Assembly (NCBI GenBank): GCA_965112155.1
Contig: OZ218101.1
Length of the DNA: 64,000 nucleotides
Direction: 5' to 3' (one strand)
DNA from: Podarcis liolepis
Taxonomy: Eukaryota
Made by a program: the position numbers and the translations under genes. Below, one piece after another: positions 39,130 through 54,119 of the stretch (positions are counted from its first letter, which is position 1; each line of letters opens with the position of its first letter). Below the pieces are notes generated by a model. The model was given only the letters and a program-made list of their open reading frames with translations. It made no database searches and had not been told where the DNA came from.

Positions 39130-39960
39130 CTGTAAACTACATTCTGTGCAGAATTTAGAAAATTGGATCCTCTTCAAGGATGGTACGCGTTGCGCTCGGG
39201 CCCCCAGGCATCTCCCACCTCCTGGTGTGGGCAGGGCTATGCCCTGCTCCACTCTGGTTGGTTGTTTCATGGTCACTTGTTCCCTAAAGTCAATGGCTTG
39301 GCTTGGAGGGTGGCCACAAAACATTATTTAATCCCTGTGCAAAATTTGCTGGACCTCTTTGCCTTTGCACAGTGGATCACCTGCCCACCCGCCCGCCCCT
39401 TTTATCTGGTGTGTTAGCCTTGCTATGGATGTTGTTGGTCACCTGTTTTGCAATGGGGGCCTGGTAGGAATTTTTCCATCTGGCAGATTGGCAGAGCCAT
39501 TTGCTTTTCACCTACTGCACAGCAATTGTCACAACTTTGTAAGATTTGCTGTTAGGCATTGGATCAGCAATGTGTGGGGAGGTGAGGTGCGGCCATCACC
39601 TGTCACTCCAAGCTCAAGGGTATTTCATTAAAGGAATCAGGGGTTGACCTGGGTCTTGTCCGAAACCCAGCAGTAGGGGCTAGGGCCATACCAGGACCCC
39701 ACAGGGGCACCGGGGGTGAGCTTGAGTTGGTCCGCATCGGCAGGGCTCCCTCTGGTGGTGATTCACCCTTTTATCAGATTCCCCGTGATGTGGATGGGAG
39801 TCTGATATAGTTTGGATGATACCAATGCCTAAGCCAATACCACTCACATTCTGTATTCATTAAAGTTGTGACCTAAATTTTGCCCAATAACATAAACTAA
39901 AAATCCTGTGTCACTGTGTCTTCATTTTTGGGGGTGGTTGCAGTTCTTGAAGCACAAAAG
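39130..39960 (+). mobile_element. Interspersed repeat, possibly a DIRS/Ngaro-type terminal repeat (copy 1 of 3)
   Basis: Shares TTGGCAGATTGGC, TTGTCACAACTTTGTAAG, GGAATC.GGGG, ACCAATGCCTA.GC and A(A/T)TAAAGYTGT blocks with the 54.1-kb and 61.4-kb copies; boundaries approximate. Confidence 0.55.
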
Positions 39961-42111
39961 CAAAGCGGGGAGTGCAGTGGTTTGGGTATTTGAATAGGGG
40001 CAGGTAATTCAAAACTGCAGAATCTTAGAAGAGAGTCAGATGAGGAAAAATTCAAGAGGATTCCTAATAACATTACAGGGCAGTTAAACTTGGGACTTGC
40101 TCTATACAATATTTGGCCTGGTAGTTAATCCAGTCCTGCTGTCCAGTGTTTATTTTGCTACAAGTTGCTCTCATGTTTATTGAAAACACATGGCACAAAA
40201 TTAGATCTGGCGTAGCCTCACATTCACCTAATCCAGAACTAATTTGGGCCTTGCGAAAACACAGCAGATGTGATACGGAGCATTCTAAAACAATAGTTTG
40301 AATCAGGCCTAAACTAGCAGTGATGCTCTTTGAAAGGAGTTGCGTGGGGAGAGCAACTGTGTGCCACTTTGTATGCAGGTGCTAACTCCACAATTGTTAC
40401 GTACTGAATTCCTTCCAGTCAAAAGAATTTGAGGATATGAAGTAAATCTATCCTATTACACTTAAGACATTTTGCCTGGAGAGAAAATTGAGGCGTATTC
40501 AAGAGGCTCTGAAGCATATTTCCCCACTTCCCCTGTTACATATACATACAGAGCTTCCTGCCCTGTATATACTTGGAACATGTCGTGAACAGTAGCACCA
40601 AGGGTATTTAATCCACGTGCCATTAAAATGAATAGCTCAGCATCCAGTGTCATAGAAACTCACTCTTCCCTTATCAGAAGGTTTTAAAAGGAATGTAAAA
40701 GGGGGTATTTAATGGTGTGTTGGATGTTATCCCTCCTTCCTCAGATTCCAACTCAGAATGAAAACGTAACAGACGCATAGTTGATTGAATAAACACACAT
40801 GCACGTACATCATTTTCATCTTCCCTATTCATCCTACACTCCCACACCTATTGAGAAGCAGATACAACAGGCTGTGAAGACTAGATTTAAAATGTATCAC
40901 CCATTAAAATAACCTATGCTGCCCCAAGATTTTTCACTCAAATGAGGGATTTGTTCACTGCAAGAGATTTACCATTTTAATGAAGGAGTTTATGTTGGAG
41001 AATGGAAGAGGCACCCCTCAAAGTTCTGGAAATAAAACTTATGAAAATATTAATTATACCATAGGATTCATTGCAAAAGAGTTTTGCTGTTATTTTAAAG
41101 CTATTTTATGAAGCTATTTTTCATATACTTAGTTGGAAAGATTTATGTTCCGAGATTTAGAGAGGTGAAGCACTGGTTAAAGCAATATATTGTTGCAAAA
41201 GCTATTCCCTGCTCCTGGCCAGTTTATTTTCTTGCACCTGCTGTTTGGAAAAATGTCTATCTATTTTTGCAATAATAGGATTAGAGTGCCTAGCAAGCTT
41301 GCAAAAGGGGAGGGAGATAGATGGGGGGGGGGACAGACACTGCTGGGATTTTTGCCAGTGCAGCCTAAAGAAATGCAGAGACTGGGTATGATCCACCACG
41401 ATGAATTGTTCCTGGAGTCGCTGTTCATTTCAGAGGGTGCATGCTAGCAGTCAGTGCACCACATCCCTTGAGTGAAAACAGTTTCAAAAATATAAAAGGA
41501 TAAGGTGCTAACCCCTATTACAAAGCAAGACTAATCAACTTACTCTTGGCTATACAGATTGTTGGTCCAGAGGAAAAATGTTTCACTGCTGCAAAACCTG
41601 GGGAATTGCTTCGTGGCTGAGACCTTAATTAACTTTAACAATGGGGCAAAATTAGATTGCAAAATCTTCTAGTCACCTAGAAAGTGTTAGAGATTTTCGT
41701 CAGAATAGTTTCAGTGCCCTTCATTCTTTCACTATCCATGTTACAAAATACCCAAAACGCCCTGAAATTTCGGGGGGGGGGGGGACCATTGAGAAAGAGA
41801 GGTCAGTAGGGTTCATGCACAGGGTGTGGTTTTTTTGGGGGGGGTAAAAAAAGGGAATCTGTTGAGCAGGGAAGCCGGATTTATTTATTTACTTAACTGT
41901 TTATAATCTGCACTTTCACAAAATATCTCAAGACAACTTAGAGCACAAAAAAGCTTTTTATGTTGTAAACATAATGAAGGGTTGCATGTAATTTAAATAC
42001 ATACATACATACTATATACAATAAAATCAGTCTATAAATATCCATAAACTATCACTAGATACTGTTTGGTTGAAAAGAAGAATATCTGTATTGTGAAGGC
42101 CTTTCTAAATA

Positions 42112-42337
42112 CAGTCATACCTTGTGTTACGTTTGCTTCACGTTGCGGTTTTTCGGGTTACGTATGTGGCGATCTGCGCGCTTTGTGCATGCACAGAAAC
42201 AATCTGTGCGCTTCGCATATGCGCAGAAGTGCTCTATCGTGCTTCGTGCACACGCAGTAACGGCGCTTTACTTTCAGCTTTTTGGGGTGCAAACGGCACC
42301 CCAAAACGGATTGCATTCGTAAGTAGAAGTACCACTA
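42112..42337. mobile_element. Tc1/mariner (Tigger-like) MITE, opposite orientation to the 16.2-kb copy
   Basis: TA|CAGTCATACCT...GAAGTACCACT with a CpG-rich interior. Confidence 0.75.
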
Positions 42338-42339
42338 GA

Positions 42340-42750
42340 ATACAGCTTTCAGGAGCCACCTAAAAGAAGGTAAGGATGGTTCCTGCTGAACTTCTATAGA
42401 GATGGTTTCCACAAGGCAGGGCCTGCCATGCTAATGACTTGGCTTCTAGTGATGGGCAATTGAACCTCAAGCACATGGAAACCATCAAAAGGGCCTTATC
42501 GGTGAACAAGGTGGACTATAAGGTATCAGGTAGTCTTCAAGGAACATTGAGCCCAGTTTATTAAGGGCTTTCTGAATTAACTCAAGAACCTTGAACTTGG
42601 GTAAGCAGAAAATCAGCAACCAGTGCAGCTCTCTTGGCAGCAGAGAAACATGTTGCCGGTAATCTGTTCCTGTCAGCAGTCTGGCCACTGCATTCTGTAC
42701 TATTTGCAACTTTTGGATCAGGTACAATGAAAGCCACGCATACACCTCCC
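42340..42750 (-). mobile_element. Degenerate L2 LINE fragment
   Basis: ORF 42485-42745(-): KLQIVQNAVARLLTG...RELHWL...KFKVL. Confidence 0.75.
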
Positions 42751-44287
42751 TTCAGTTCTAGCTCCTTGGCCACTATAAATTATGCTCAGCCACCCACGTG
42801 CCTTTCAGATTTCACAAGCTACTGGCATTGTCAGCATGGTATGAGAATTGGTGTTGTATAGTAGTTAGGCTAGGACTGGGCAGTTCTGGCCATTGACCTA
42901 TTTGGATGAACTTGGGCCTGTTGCTAGCTATCAGCCTAATTAATCTATCTAATATGGTGGTTGTGAGGATAAAATGGGGGGGGGGAGGCATATACTCCAA
43001 TCTGAGCTCCTTGAAAGTTGGGAGAAAAATATAACAACAAACTTTTTTAAAAAAGCATGCTCAGAAAATATATTTGCAGCCATTTGGGAAGTGGAGGAGA
43101 TTCTCCCCCTTTTCAATCAATGCTAGGTGGGGGAGGTTATATACTGATTTCTGCACATGGAGATCCTTGCTTGCATGAGGTGATTATGGAAGTGCAGAAT
43201 ACACCTAGCTCTGGACACCTTAGCTATGTAAATGGTGAATTAAATTGACCCCATTGCCTCTGCTACAATTGCCAAAATTGTGCTGTGCTCTTTTCTGCCA
43301 ATTTCCCATCTGAAATAATTGATAACTTTTTCAGGTAGGAAGAGTAAATCCAAGAGATCAAATATGGCATCTGCAGACAGAACTTTAGCCCTTAAGGTAG
43401 ATCTTCCTCAAATCCTGTTTTCAGAAAGTTGAAAGCAAATATATCGTTTTGAGAAATATATTTTGGGCTTGCTATTTCCCTTGTCTAGAGTACAGCATTA
43501 TCTTACACCTTAGGGTAGCAGTAGCAGATCAGAGTCAATCCTTTCCTTGCCTACCAATGCAAATTTTAAACATGAACTTGCACTAAATTAACAGTAGGGA
43601 AATGATGCAGGGTAGAAATCTCTATACTGTGAAAATCTAATATAAACCTGATAGGAAAAATAATCCTATTACTGGACTCTGCATATCCTGTTTGAGTGGA
43701 ACCCTTTGAAATAAACATAAAGTTAAAAAAAGAAAAACCTGGAAAGAAAATGGATGCTGTAAATAAACATGGTGCTACATTTCTCACAGTAAGTGGAATA
43801 AAAAATAATACATGCATACAACCTTGCCTTTGTATTAGTAAGTATATATTTTTGGGAAGCATAAATGTTTGATAAAAGGGCTTTGTTTTAGCAACTTGTA
43901 GAAACAGCATGGTAAGTTTGGTACTCTGAAAGATTAAGGTTGATTTTTGAGGGGATAAATAATCAAATTGAGATGGAGAAACCTTTACATTCCATAAGTT
44001 GCCCCCAGGCAGACTAGCCAAAACCAGAAATAGTGAGAGTTGTAATTGCATAGCATATGGAGGACCACAGGCAACCCATCACTGGCTTAGATGGATAGAT
44101 GTAACCTGGTGATGACAGTTGCTTTCTATTCTCCCCAGCCAGAAAAAGCTGTTCAGATGGGAAGTTGGTATTTCCCACCTCCCAAAAGGCACTCTACACA
44201 GATCATATCTCTGAGGGTTGCGAAATGATGGCTTCTTCCTGGCAGACATGTGCCAGAATAATTCTTGTTGTTCCTGGCTGGCTAAGC

Positions 44288-44423
44288 CAGGCTTCCTCAA
44301 CCTCAGCCCTCCAGATGTTTTTGGCCTACAACTCCCATGATCCCTAGCTAGCAGGACCAGTGGTCAGGGATGATGGGAACTGTAGTCTCAAAATATCTGG
44401 AGGGCTGAGGTTGAGGAAGCCTG
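44288..44423. mobile_element. 136-bp palindromic hAT MITE
   Basis: CAGGCTTCCTCAACC...GGTTGAGGAAGCCTG; perfect 8-bp TSD GGCTAAGC. Confidence 0.9.
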
Positions 44424-47380
44424 GGCTAAGCTACAGTGCATTACACCTTCGAAGTACAACCTTCTCCTGTGGATGGAAGGATCTGGAGATGTTGGCCGTT
44501 TCTCATTTTCCCCATCTTAAATTCAGTTCTCCACATTTCTGCAGCAATTTGTAACTTTTTAAAAAAGAAAATTCAACAGCATTTTAGTACAGAATTCTCC
44601 CAATAAGCACATTTTTGTAGGCAAGTTTGACTAATGTGCACAATTCTGAAAGCAATTTTTCATAATATAACACACTTTTGTATGTTATTTTCACTAATGT
44701 TTTATTTTTTTAACGCACCCTTTCCTCTAATATACAGTAAACCCACATCTTACACACATTTAACATATATTATTTCATCCATATGTGGTTGGAGGCAGGC
44801 CCGTGAGGGGAAGGATCAGAAGTGATAGTTGGAAACCCCAAGTGAACTCAGTGCAAGAATAGGAAGCTATTAAAGTTATCAGCCTTTCTTCCCGAGCAAT
44901 TCCTGCTTGGTGCACCTTGCGAGTGGAGTCCCTGTGGCCTCTGGTACAGTAGCTCTGGGAGTGGTGGGGATGCACTCTCAGAGCCACCATATTACCAGAG
45001 CTGCTTGGGGCTTCTAGCTTCCTTCAATCTCTGATCCTCCCTCTCATAGGAAGTGGGCTGCTTAGCTCCAGGGGTGCTCCAAAGGTAATTTTGGCTTTAT
45101 GTGATTTTTGTGCATACACATAACCCTTGGAACTGAAACCCTTTGTATGATGCAAGTTGCCTGCATGCATTTTTGTAAACACCGGTTGGTTGGAGAGCTG
45201 CATCACAACATTTGGATAAATGCAAAATTTGAAGAATGATTCTATTTTCTCTCACACATTGTTTCCGTAAGTGTGAGTTTGATCAATCTGTTCTTAAATG
45301 TGAACTGAATCAAATTTCTCCCCATCTCAGCTTGCTCAACTTCTTATACTTCACAGAGGTAAACAAATGCCCCCCCCCCCAATTCACCAACCATATCATG
45401 CCAAGTTTGATGCCTGACACCTATGTAGCTCTGGAAAAACAAGTGCTACTGCTGCCTTCCTCGAAAACCACCCGCCCTGCAAAGAATGCTACAATTTCTT
45501 CTGCTGCTCCATCTCTCTCTTTCTCTCTGCCCCCTCTATTTACCCTTCCTCTGAATTTCAGCACCCCATGTCCCTTCTGCTCTAGGAAAACTCTTTAAAA
45601 ATCCAGTTTAACTCTATTAAACACACATTATATACTTTCCCATAATACAGTATCTCATGCCTTTAGGGGAATATTTGTAAGAATACAAAATGTGATAAAT
45701 GCTTGGGAATTGTTACGGTTGCCATTTTTCGAAAAGTAAGAAACAGGACACTCACGACACCCTGAAAGTTGTTGAGCCGTTTTTAGGCAAACCCCAGAGT
45801 TGTTGAGCTTTATTTAGTAAAAGCTACAAGAGTTTTTGAGTTTGGCATAGCTAAAATGGTCAGCACTGCCATATCAGCTTGATAGTGTAAAAGCCATACC
45901 AGCAGCAGAAGAAAAAGGCTTTCTCCCAGTCACTCCTTTATTGCTCCAGGCATTGCCTGCTGCTTCTGTTCCTGCTGTGTCTGGACTGAAAGCTGCTAAG
46001 AGCTGACTGGGTATGATACAGTTGGAACCTGGCCTTCAAAAATAAAATAAAATAAAATAAAATAGGTCACACATATTTATTATTTCTTGGTAATAGGAAG
46101 TTGGGAGACTGTGTCAAAGTGAACTGTGTCTCATGGCATATCATCAAACATTCTTCAGTTGAAAATAGGGACATTTCTCACTCCCCCCCCCAACTGACCC
46201 TTCTTAACCCTCCCCCCTTTTTAGTGTCCCCCCCCCCTGCAAAGCATCACCTATCAGATGCAGAACGAGTGCTACCACCATGACACCAATAGGATGCAGC
46301 ACACATGCCCTCAACCATCCTGGAAAAAACCGTCCTTAATCCAGATTTTATTTTATATTATTCTTTGGTAGATTTACAAAAAGAAAAAAAAGGGGGAGAA
46401 AATGACAAGTGCTAGAATATATAGAGAACTACATCAAGGGCACAGAGAGAGAGAGGCAAGGAGAGAATTCATAAATTTGCTAGCAAAAAGGATAATTTTA
46501 TTTTTTTAAAAAAAGAATGCTGCACACCTTAAATTTGGCACAGGTGAGTAGAAAAGTGAGCTAATTCAGTGTGGTAAAAATTAGAGTTGGGTACCAAAAG
46601 AGATCTGTAGAAATAGTGACAGAGAGGAATATAAGAACTAAGCTCACAGATCAGGTGAATTAGGTAGGATTAGAAATTGCATTTGAACTACAAGAGTGCT
46701 CAGGTAGTTAATGGGTTGGGTTAATATGCATTTAGGATGTGTGTGTGTGTGTGTGTGTTTTAATGCAGTTAGAATTTTTAAAAAATAGATCTAAGTTTCA
46801 GTATAGGAATTGCACTGATTCGTCTACCAAGTTGTGCTCTACTATTCTGCAGCTTAGCTGAAATAAACAACAGAAGGTTTATTATAACAGCACACTTGCT
46901 CCTGAAGAATACAAATGTAATCAACACCGGTAAATGCAAATTTGTTGGGCAATAGTGCTACCCTTTTGAAGAAACACTGACATTTCCTCTCTGTTCAAAA
47001 CCCTTTAACTATCTTACCACTTATTAAAACCATCAGTGTTTTAAGATCCAACAAAACAAGACAATGAAAGTGTAAATTGGATTTGGGATGTTTGAGGAAT
47101 TTGATAGCTACGACTTGATCTACATGTCTGGGGACCAATGTGTGGATTGTAATTTGGCAACCCACCAGATTTCATACTTCCCTGAATGTGGCAATGGAAT
47201 TATTGGCAGATAATATATGGAGAGCGTATATAAAAAAATAATTCAGCAGAGAAATACAAACTTTGAGCTAAAGTACCATAGAGTAGGGAATTCTAACTAA
47301 ACATTAGGAATAACGTTTTGACAGAAGAGCTGTTTGTCAGGACAATTTTTATTCCAAGAATATTAAGTTTTTATTCATAC

Positions 47381-48013
47381 TGTTATTGTTTAGTCGTTTA
47401 GTCGTGTCCAACTCTTCGTTTCCCCATGGACCAGAGCACGCCAGGCACTCCTGTCTTCCACTGCCTCCTGCAGCTTGGTCAAACTCATTTTCGTAGCTTC
47501 AAGAACACTGTCCAACGATCTCATCCTCTGCTGTCTCCTTCTCCTTGTGCCCTCCATCTTTCCCAACATCAGGGTCTTTTCCAGGGAGTCTTCTCTTCTC
47601 ATGAGGTAACCAAAGTATTGGAGCCTCAGCTTCAGGATCTGTCCTTCCAGTGAGCACTCAGGGCTGATTTCCTTCAGAATGGATAGGCTTGATCTTCTTG
47701 CAGTCCACGGGACTCTCAAGAGTCTCCTCTAACACCATAATTCAAAAGCATCAATTCTTCGGCGATCAGCCTTCTTTATGGTCCAGCTCTCACTTCCATA
47801 CATCACTACTGGGAAAACCATAGCTTTAACTATATGGACCTTTGTAGGCAAAGTGATGTCTCTGCTTTTTAATATGCTGTCTAGGTTTGTCATTGTTTTT
47901 CTCCCAAGAAGCAGGCGTCTTTTAATTTGGTGGCTGCTGTCACCATCTGCAGTGATCCTAGAGCCCAAGAAAGTAAAATCTCTCACTGCCTCCATTTCTT
48001 CCCCTTCTATTTG
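47381..48013 (-). mobile_element. Bov-B (RTE) LINE 3' fragment
   Basis: QIEGEEMEAVRDFTFLGS...LDSILKSRDITLPTKV.IVKAMVFPVVMYGSESWT and RVPWTARR motifs; CAA-type tail. Confidence 0.93.
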
Positions 48014-51000
48014 CCTATTACTCCCAAAAGCACAATATGAATAACCACAATATCCCTCCACCAGGGGAGGAGGGAACAGGGAAGGCTCTACTGCACCCGC
48101 CCAAAGTGTGGTAGAGTGCACACTACTCCTGGCAGAATTTCTGCTGGTTTTAGCTGCCATTAGGCCCCAGAACTGAGTGTTATAAAGCTGGGGCAGGATC
48201 TGCCGAGTCCAAAGGATCTGCTGAATCCATCTCTCTGTGGATCTGGACTCCCCTGCTGTGCCACCCTGGAGTTGGTACAGAAAAAAAGGAAAAAAATAAA
48301 AAAAGCAGAGAAATACTGCCAGCCCACCTTCCACCCTAGCAGGCTGGAGCCAAGTTTGAATTGCTCTGTTAAATTCAATTCTGAGATCTTACCTTTATAT
48401 ATATATATAGTTTTGAAGTTGTTGAATACAGAAACAGAACAAAATAGAATTGTCAGCAGGAGCATGGGAAAGTGACAGAGACTGCAAATGGACAGATTCT
48501 CTCATTTCAGGCCTTTGGGGGAATTTCTGAACGACTAAGAAAATTATTATGATAAAAGCTGAGGTCCTGATATTGCTGGCATTTCATAGCCATTTCAGCT
48601 TGAATTCAATGCTAGGAAGAAATGTAGTAAACACTGTAAGAAACATTACACATTTTCACTGAAAACATGCCCCAGAACAATGTTGGTAGTCTTGTTTCTT
48701 CAGGAGGAGACAGTAAGAGCAGGAAAGCTATCCTTTCATTGATCCAGCTAGTCGTTCAATATGTTGCAACCAAGCTTTTCTGTTTACAGGTTTTTCTTCA
48801 GGCATAAGTGTTGAAAGCAAAGTGAGATGTTATCCTTGGAGTAGTATCCAAGAAGTAAAAAAAGATATTCTAATAAATAATTATGCTTCTAAAGTGACCC
48901 TGGTTGGGTACCGGTATGTGCATTTTTTCAAATAAAGTGATGATAGAACCTATGATTATCAAATCACTGAGAGTGTGAAACATGTTATGTAAAATGTTCC
49001 TACATCCCAAATATTGGGGAGGCTTAACCTTTTCTTTGCTGGCCATTTCCACATTTCAAATTGCTTTCATTCAACACAACTCCAAGCACATGACTAGACA
49101 ACAGCTCACAGCCACTCACAGCTACTGAAGAAAAGATCAAACAATCCCTTTTGCCACTTTTTTGTTCAAAATTGTAGTATCCCAAAGCTGCTTTTCACTG
49201 GGGCTTCATTCGTGTATAACTTATGGTTTGTCTCTGATAATTAGATGAGAGAAACTTTTTCCCAGGCACATGACAGCTCATTTGCAACAACAGAAGTATG
49301 TGAATAAAGAGAGGGCATAAACAACAAGGAAAGCCTTTAACCAGAGGTTGGAGAAATGTTTTCCCACCACACCAGATTTGAGACTGGATCCAGTTAGAGG
49401 TGCTGTAAATGGAATCCCTGATCTGGACTTTGTGTGGAAATAAATTTGTTCTCCTTAGAAGGAGGGGGAAAATAGGAGTTTGTTTCCAGGACAATGGTAG
49501 TTAATTTGTGGTTAAGTGCTACAATAACCTACTGGCCAAGCTTTATGTTGTGCAAAGAAACATCATTATAACATATGCGTGGGAGAAATTTAGTTGGGAT
49601 TTTTTTTTAAAAAAAAAGAAAATTAAAATCTATCACGTTGGATTCAAAAAAGACTTAATGCTAACAAATCAGGTCATGATTTTTAAAACTATTTTTAATA
49701 ATTTGAGGAAATGAATGTATAAATTACAAGTTATCAGGTGATAATATAACTCCACTTCATTCAATTTCTGAAAATAGTGTGATAACTATAGCTATCCGGT
49801 GACCTACAGTGTACATGTGTAGAGACATGTTCAGGATTTCTTGGTGACAATGATTAAGGAATGGAACTTCATGGACCTTATACTAAACAACACCAACAGC
49901 TTCTGTTTCACATTAAAAAGAGACAGTTGTTGTGTGTGATTAGATCATCTGTTCCACACTCAGAATGCTTTTCCTTTCTCATTCTCTCTCTTAACTTTAG
50001 TTTGGCTTCAGTGATCAAAGGGAGGGAAAATATGTCATCTCTTTAAAAATGCATCTTTCACCTGCAACTGAACCCATTGTTAAGCCATTAAGGCTGCTTT
50101 TGTCATACTTAGCCATAATATGCTATTCCATTTCTCCATCTGCTTTAGAGAAATGTCCACATTCATCCAAAAAGGCAGACATGACCTCTGACATTGCTAA
50201 GTAATTGTTATTTTTCTCTAGATCAGTGTGGAAACACACCTTCAAGATCTCACAAAACTGTGGAGCAAGTGTTCCCATGCATTATTGGTTTGATTCAACG
50301 AGAAAACTTGCTGTGGTATATTATCATTGGGTAATGTGCTGCACAATCCTAAATGTTTTAGTCAGAAGTAAGTCACACTATTTCTCAGTAAGAGTCTTTG
50401 AACTTACTGCCTAAAATTTACATGCTAAGGGCCTAACTACCTGTGACATGGCATCACCTGCAAATCATGACTTTCCCCCCTTTATTTGTTTACAAATGTG
50501 TGGGATTGTGTTCATTGAGAGCACCTGTGTGAGGTGTGGAGTTTTAACCCTCTACCTACTGCATTGCAACAAAAACATCAGGTTCCTGTGCTGTACTTAC
50601 ATGTAGAAACTAAGATCCCACTGAATTTAATTTTATTGTAAATGGCAGCTATATACTGCCTGGCATATATGGCAATACTGGCAGCATTCCAGTATATATT
50701 TTCTAGGATAAACAGACTTGAATGTTTTGCAGCTCCTTCCAGTACAGGATATTGCTCAGCTGTTCACCGCTTGGCTTAGTATACAAGTTGTCTGCCCTTT
50801 CTAATATAAGTTCAGCTGCTGACTAGGACCAAATTAGAAGTAAGGCTAAATGACAAGCTTTCGTTGTCTTGCCTTCCAGGAGGACCTCCTAAAATAATGT
50901 GAGAGTCTGTAACTGGTAATGTTTGAGAACTACTCAGTACCATCTCTGGAGAAGCATGTTATAGGCATCACAGTATAAACAAGGCTTACATGGGGGATTT

Positions 51001-51889
51001 GAAAAGAGTATAAAATTCTATGTTTGTGGTTTCCTGTGCTCACCTGTACTCTCAAAATATTGTTGGCTTACCTTGGCTTTTTACAGTTTTATTTGTTTGG
51101 GGTGTTTTTTCCAGTTTTCTTCTTCCACCTTAGTTACAGTTTACAGTTTTATTTGTTCTGAGTGCTGGTGCAGCACCAGACAGTAAGAGTTTGCTTTAGA
51201 AAATAAAAGTATACCTATGTGTTGAAGGCAATTATTTTTGGTATGTGCGGTCACATCCCAGCAAAATGCAAGACATCAAAAGGACACATACCATACTACA
51301 AACACCTTATGAAAACAATATTGCTAGCAGCTTTAAGTAAAGCAAGTTACTAGCTAATATTATTTCTGGTTAATGGATTAAATCCATTATAATGCTCACG
51401 TTATAAGAAAAAAGGTGGGGGCTCATCATGAAATCTACAAGGCCCACCCCAGACTCCCTACCACCACCAGTTGAGCCACCTTTAAGACCTAGGGCTTGTT
51501 CCTATGCTTTGCAAGTTCTCTGGCTTAAATTTAATTGGTTTTTGAATCCAATTATTGGCTGTCTTACTACCATGTGTTAATCCTTTACATTGGAAATAAA
51601 TACTACAAAGGAATGAGCTCAGTTAAAAAAACTCCAAATGAATTAAATCATTGTTTGTTTCAAGTTGTCCTTTTGAGCCATACCAGAGGGCTGCCTTCAA
51701 TATATGGTTATACTTTTATTTAGCTCCAGAGCACAGCTCTGGTCCCAGCTCCATGCCACTAAATAGCGCAGCAATGTTTTGGGATGGGATGTCAAATAGT
51801 GCACCAGGGCTAGGGCTTCCCAAAGGCAAGCAAAAAAGGGCAACATAGATGTGGCTAGGTTTCCTAACATGACACATTAGCTTCAAGCA

Positions 51890-52223
51890 GGGACGGGGAC
51901 TTATAAAAAATATTGGGGGGGGGCCGGGAAAGCTCATGAATAATAAATAAGCTCATGAATATGCAAATAAAGTGGCGCCGCCTCCTCGTGAGCAAATAGG
52001 GGAGAGCGTGCTGCTCCTATTAATCAGCTCCGAAGGTGGAGCTTTTGCTCGGGAGGGAGGTCAGGAGGCATGCAGCCCGACCCTGTGCATTTTGGGCTGG
52101 GGGAGGGGCGGCGATGGCGCTCTGCTGGAGGGGCGCCGGAGATTATTGGGGGGGCGGAGCCCCCCCAAACGAATTTTTGAGGGGGCTCGGGCCCCCTCAA
52201 GCCCCATGGAGTCGGCGCCTATG
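51890..52223. mobile_element. GC-rich hAT-like transposon fragment
   Basis: Ends in GGAGTCGGCGCCTATG; a related terminus CATAGGAGCCAACTCC occurs at 3030. Confidence 0.5.
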
Positions 52224-54119
52224 GCTTCAAGAGCACAAACCATTGCCTGTGCTGATTCATCCAGACTCAATACATCTCACTAGGTTTAAATCCAATTCCT
52301 CCTGTTCAGTTTGTTTGTAGATTTGGACCTGTATAATTTTATTCTGCTGCTGATTTCAATTTACTAAATAAATTTTAAAAATGCAAATCTGCTCTGATCC
52401 TTTCCTCACATGCACTAGGGTAGTATCAAACTTAATGGAATTGTAATGATGTGAGCCTCTGCTTCCCCGCTGCTTTTGGATGTGTACCCACCATGAACGC
52501 TAATAATTTAAAAGAAAATACATAAAAGCTTTCAGTTGCAAATCCAGAGTCAAGTTGTTACTATGTCTTCCTTTTTAAAATGTGCGGTGTAGTCTCATTT
52601 TAAGGTTTACCTTGAGATGCATAACAGCTGGTGTTTAGGCCATTCACTTGTCTCAAAAGGTATGATTTATTCACAAACCTGTTGCATAGCATTTGTCCAC
52701 CATCACAAGGCAGGAAAACCCAAGGTCCCCAGAGACCAGGCGAAATTCCTTACTCTCTAAACATCATTTTAAGAGCTAGAAGAAGATAATCATGCCCTGT
52801 GTATACATATAACACTCATCCAATATGCTATCTTTTTAACTTTTTGCCATAAACATCCCTTTAATCTCCCACTTTACCAGCAATTTAAAAGAAAATCTAC
52901 CAGTTTGGCTGGTGTTATCATTTTTATTCATTAAGCATCTTGCATGCCCTTATTAGTATGCAAGGCTATGTTAGACTAACCTTCAGAGTTCACAGTCTAA
53001 AAGGTTTAAGTAACCAGATGAACCCTCTTCAGGTGCAGTGCACTGACTGCTAAACTGACTGATGATTTTTTCAGGATTGTGAACTTTCGTAGTCTTCCCA
53101 TTACACATGCAATGCAAAAACTCTGGTTCTGATGATGAAGCTAATGAAGTTCAGGAATCTTCAGTTTATAAAGGTGTGTACATGGGGGAATGTTGCAAAG
53201 GTGTTTAACATTAAAAAAGCCCTGCTGAAGACCACCTAGTCCAGCATCCTTTTTCTTCAAATGGCATTTTTTTCAGATAAAATATCTAAGAGTTCTCATT
53301 TTCCTGGAACGAGAAATTTTGAAGATTTTTCACTGTTCATTCTCCACCATTTGTTAATGGCATTGGCAGCCATTATTTACCTCCAGAGCCAACACTAGGT
53401 CCACTGTGGAGAACGCAAGTAGAAAAACACAGTTGTTGTTGTTGCTGCTGCTGCTGTTTGCATTCACAACAACAACACCAACAACAAAATCTTTCTGAAT
53501 AAAGAGCCCATGTGCTACTGTCATTACTAATGGAGAGCCCTTCTCCCGGGAGACTGTTGGATAACCTCCTGCCCCAGGAGAATTTCAGTGAAATGAACCC
53601 CAAACCTTTCTGGCCACAAATATAATTTCAAGAAACTCTTTGCACACTTCTCTGGTATTTTTTAAACATCTACACAACAATTACTAAATTTCAAAGGTTG
53701 GTGGGGACTAGCAACATTATAACATCCAGTTTGCAAGCCAAAATCAAATTCTAAGCACTCTTAATTTAAACTAGGGGTCAATCCAATGAGATTTAGGAAT
53801 GTAGGAAGCTGGTTTATGCAAAGTCAGACCACAGGTCCATCTAGGTTCTCTCTAATTATAAGGTCTTATAATTTGTATGCAAGATAGCTATTAGTCTGCC
53901 AGGCAAATATATACAGTTAAGTTGAACAAAAACAGTTCAGTATTAGTTAAAAAGCTATCACATACCAACTATATAAGCACAAAATGAACAAACTTCGTAT
54001 ATGGCAGTCCAAATTGCTAAGATAAATGTGGGCCATATTGACACCCCCTTCCTTTTTCATCACTGCACAATAATTTTTAAATGCAATCTCACCAGTTAAT
54101 CATAAGAAACAACAAATGG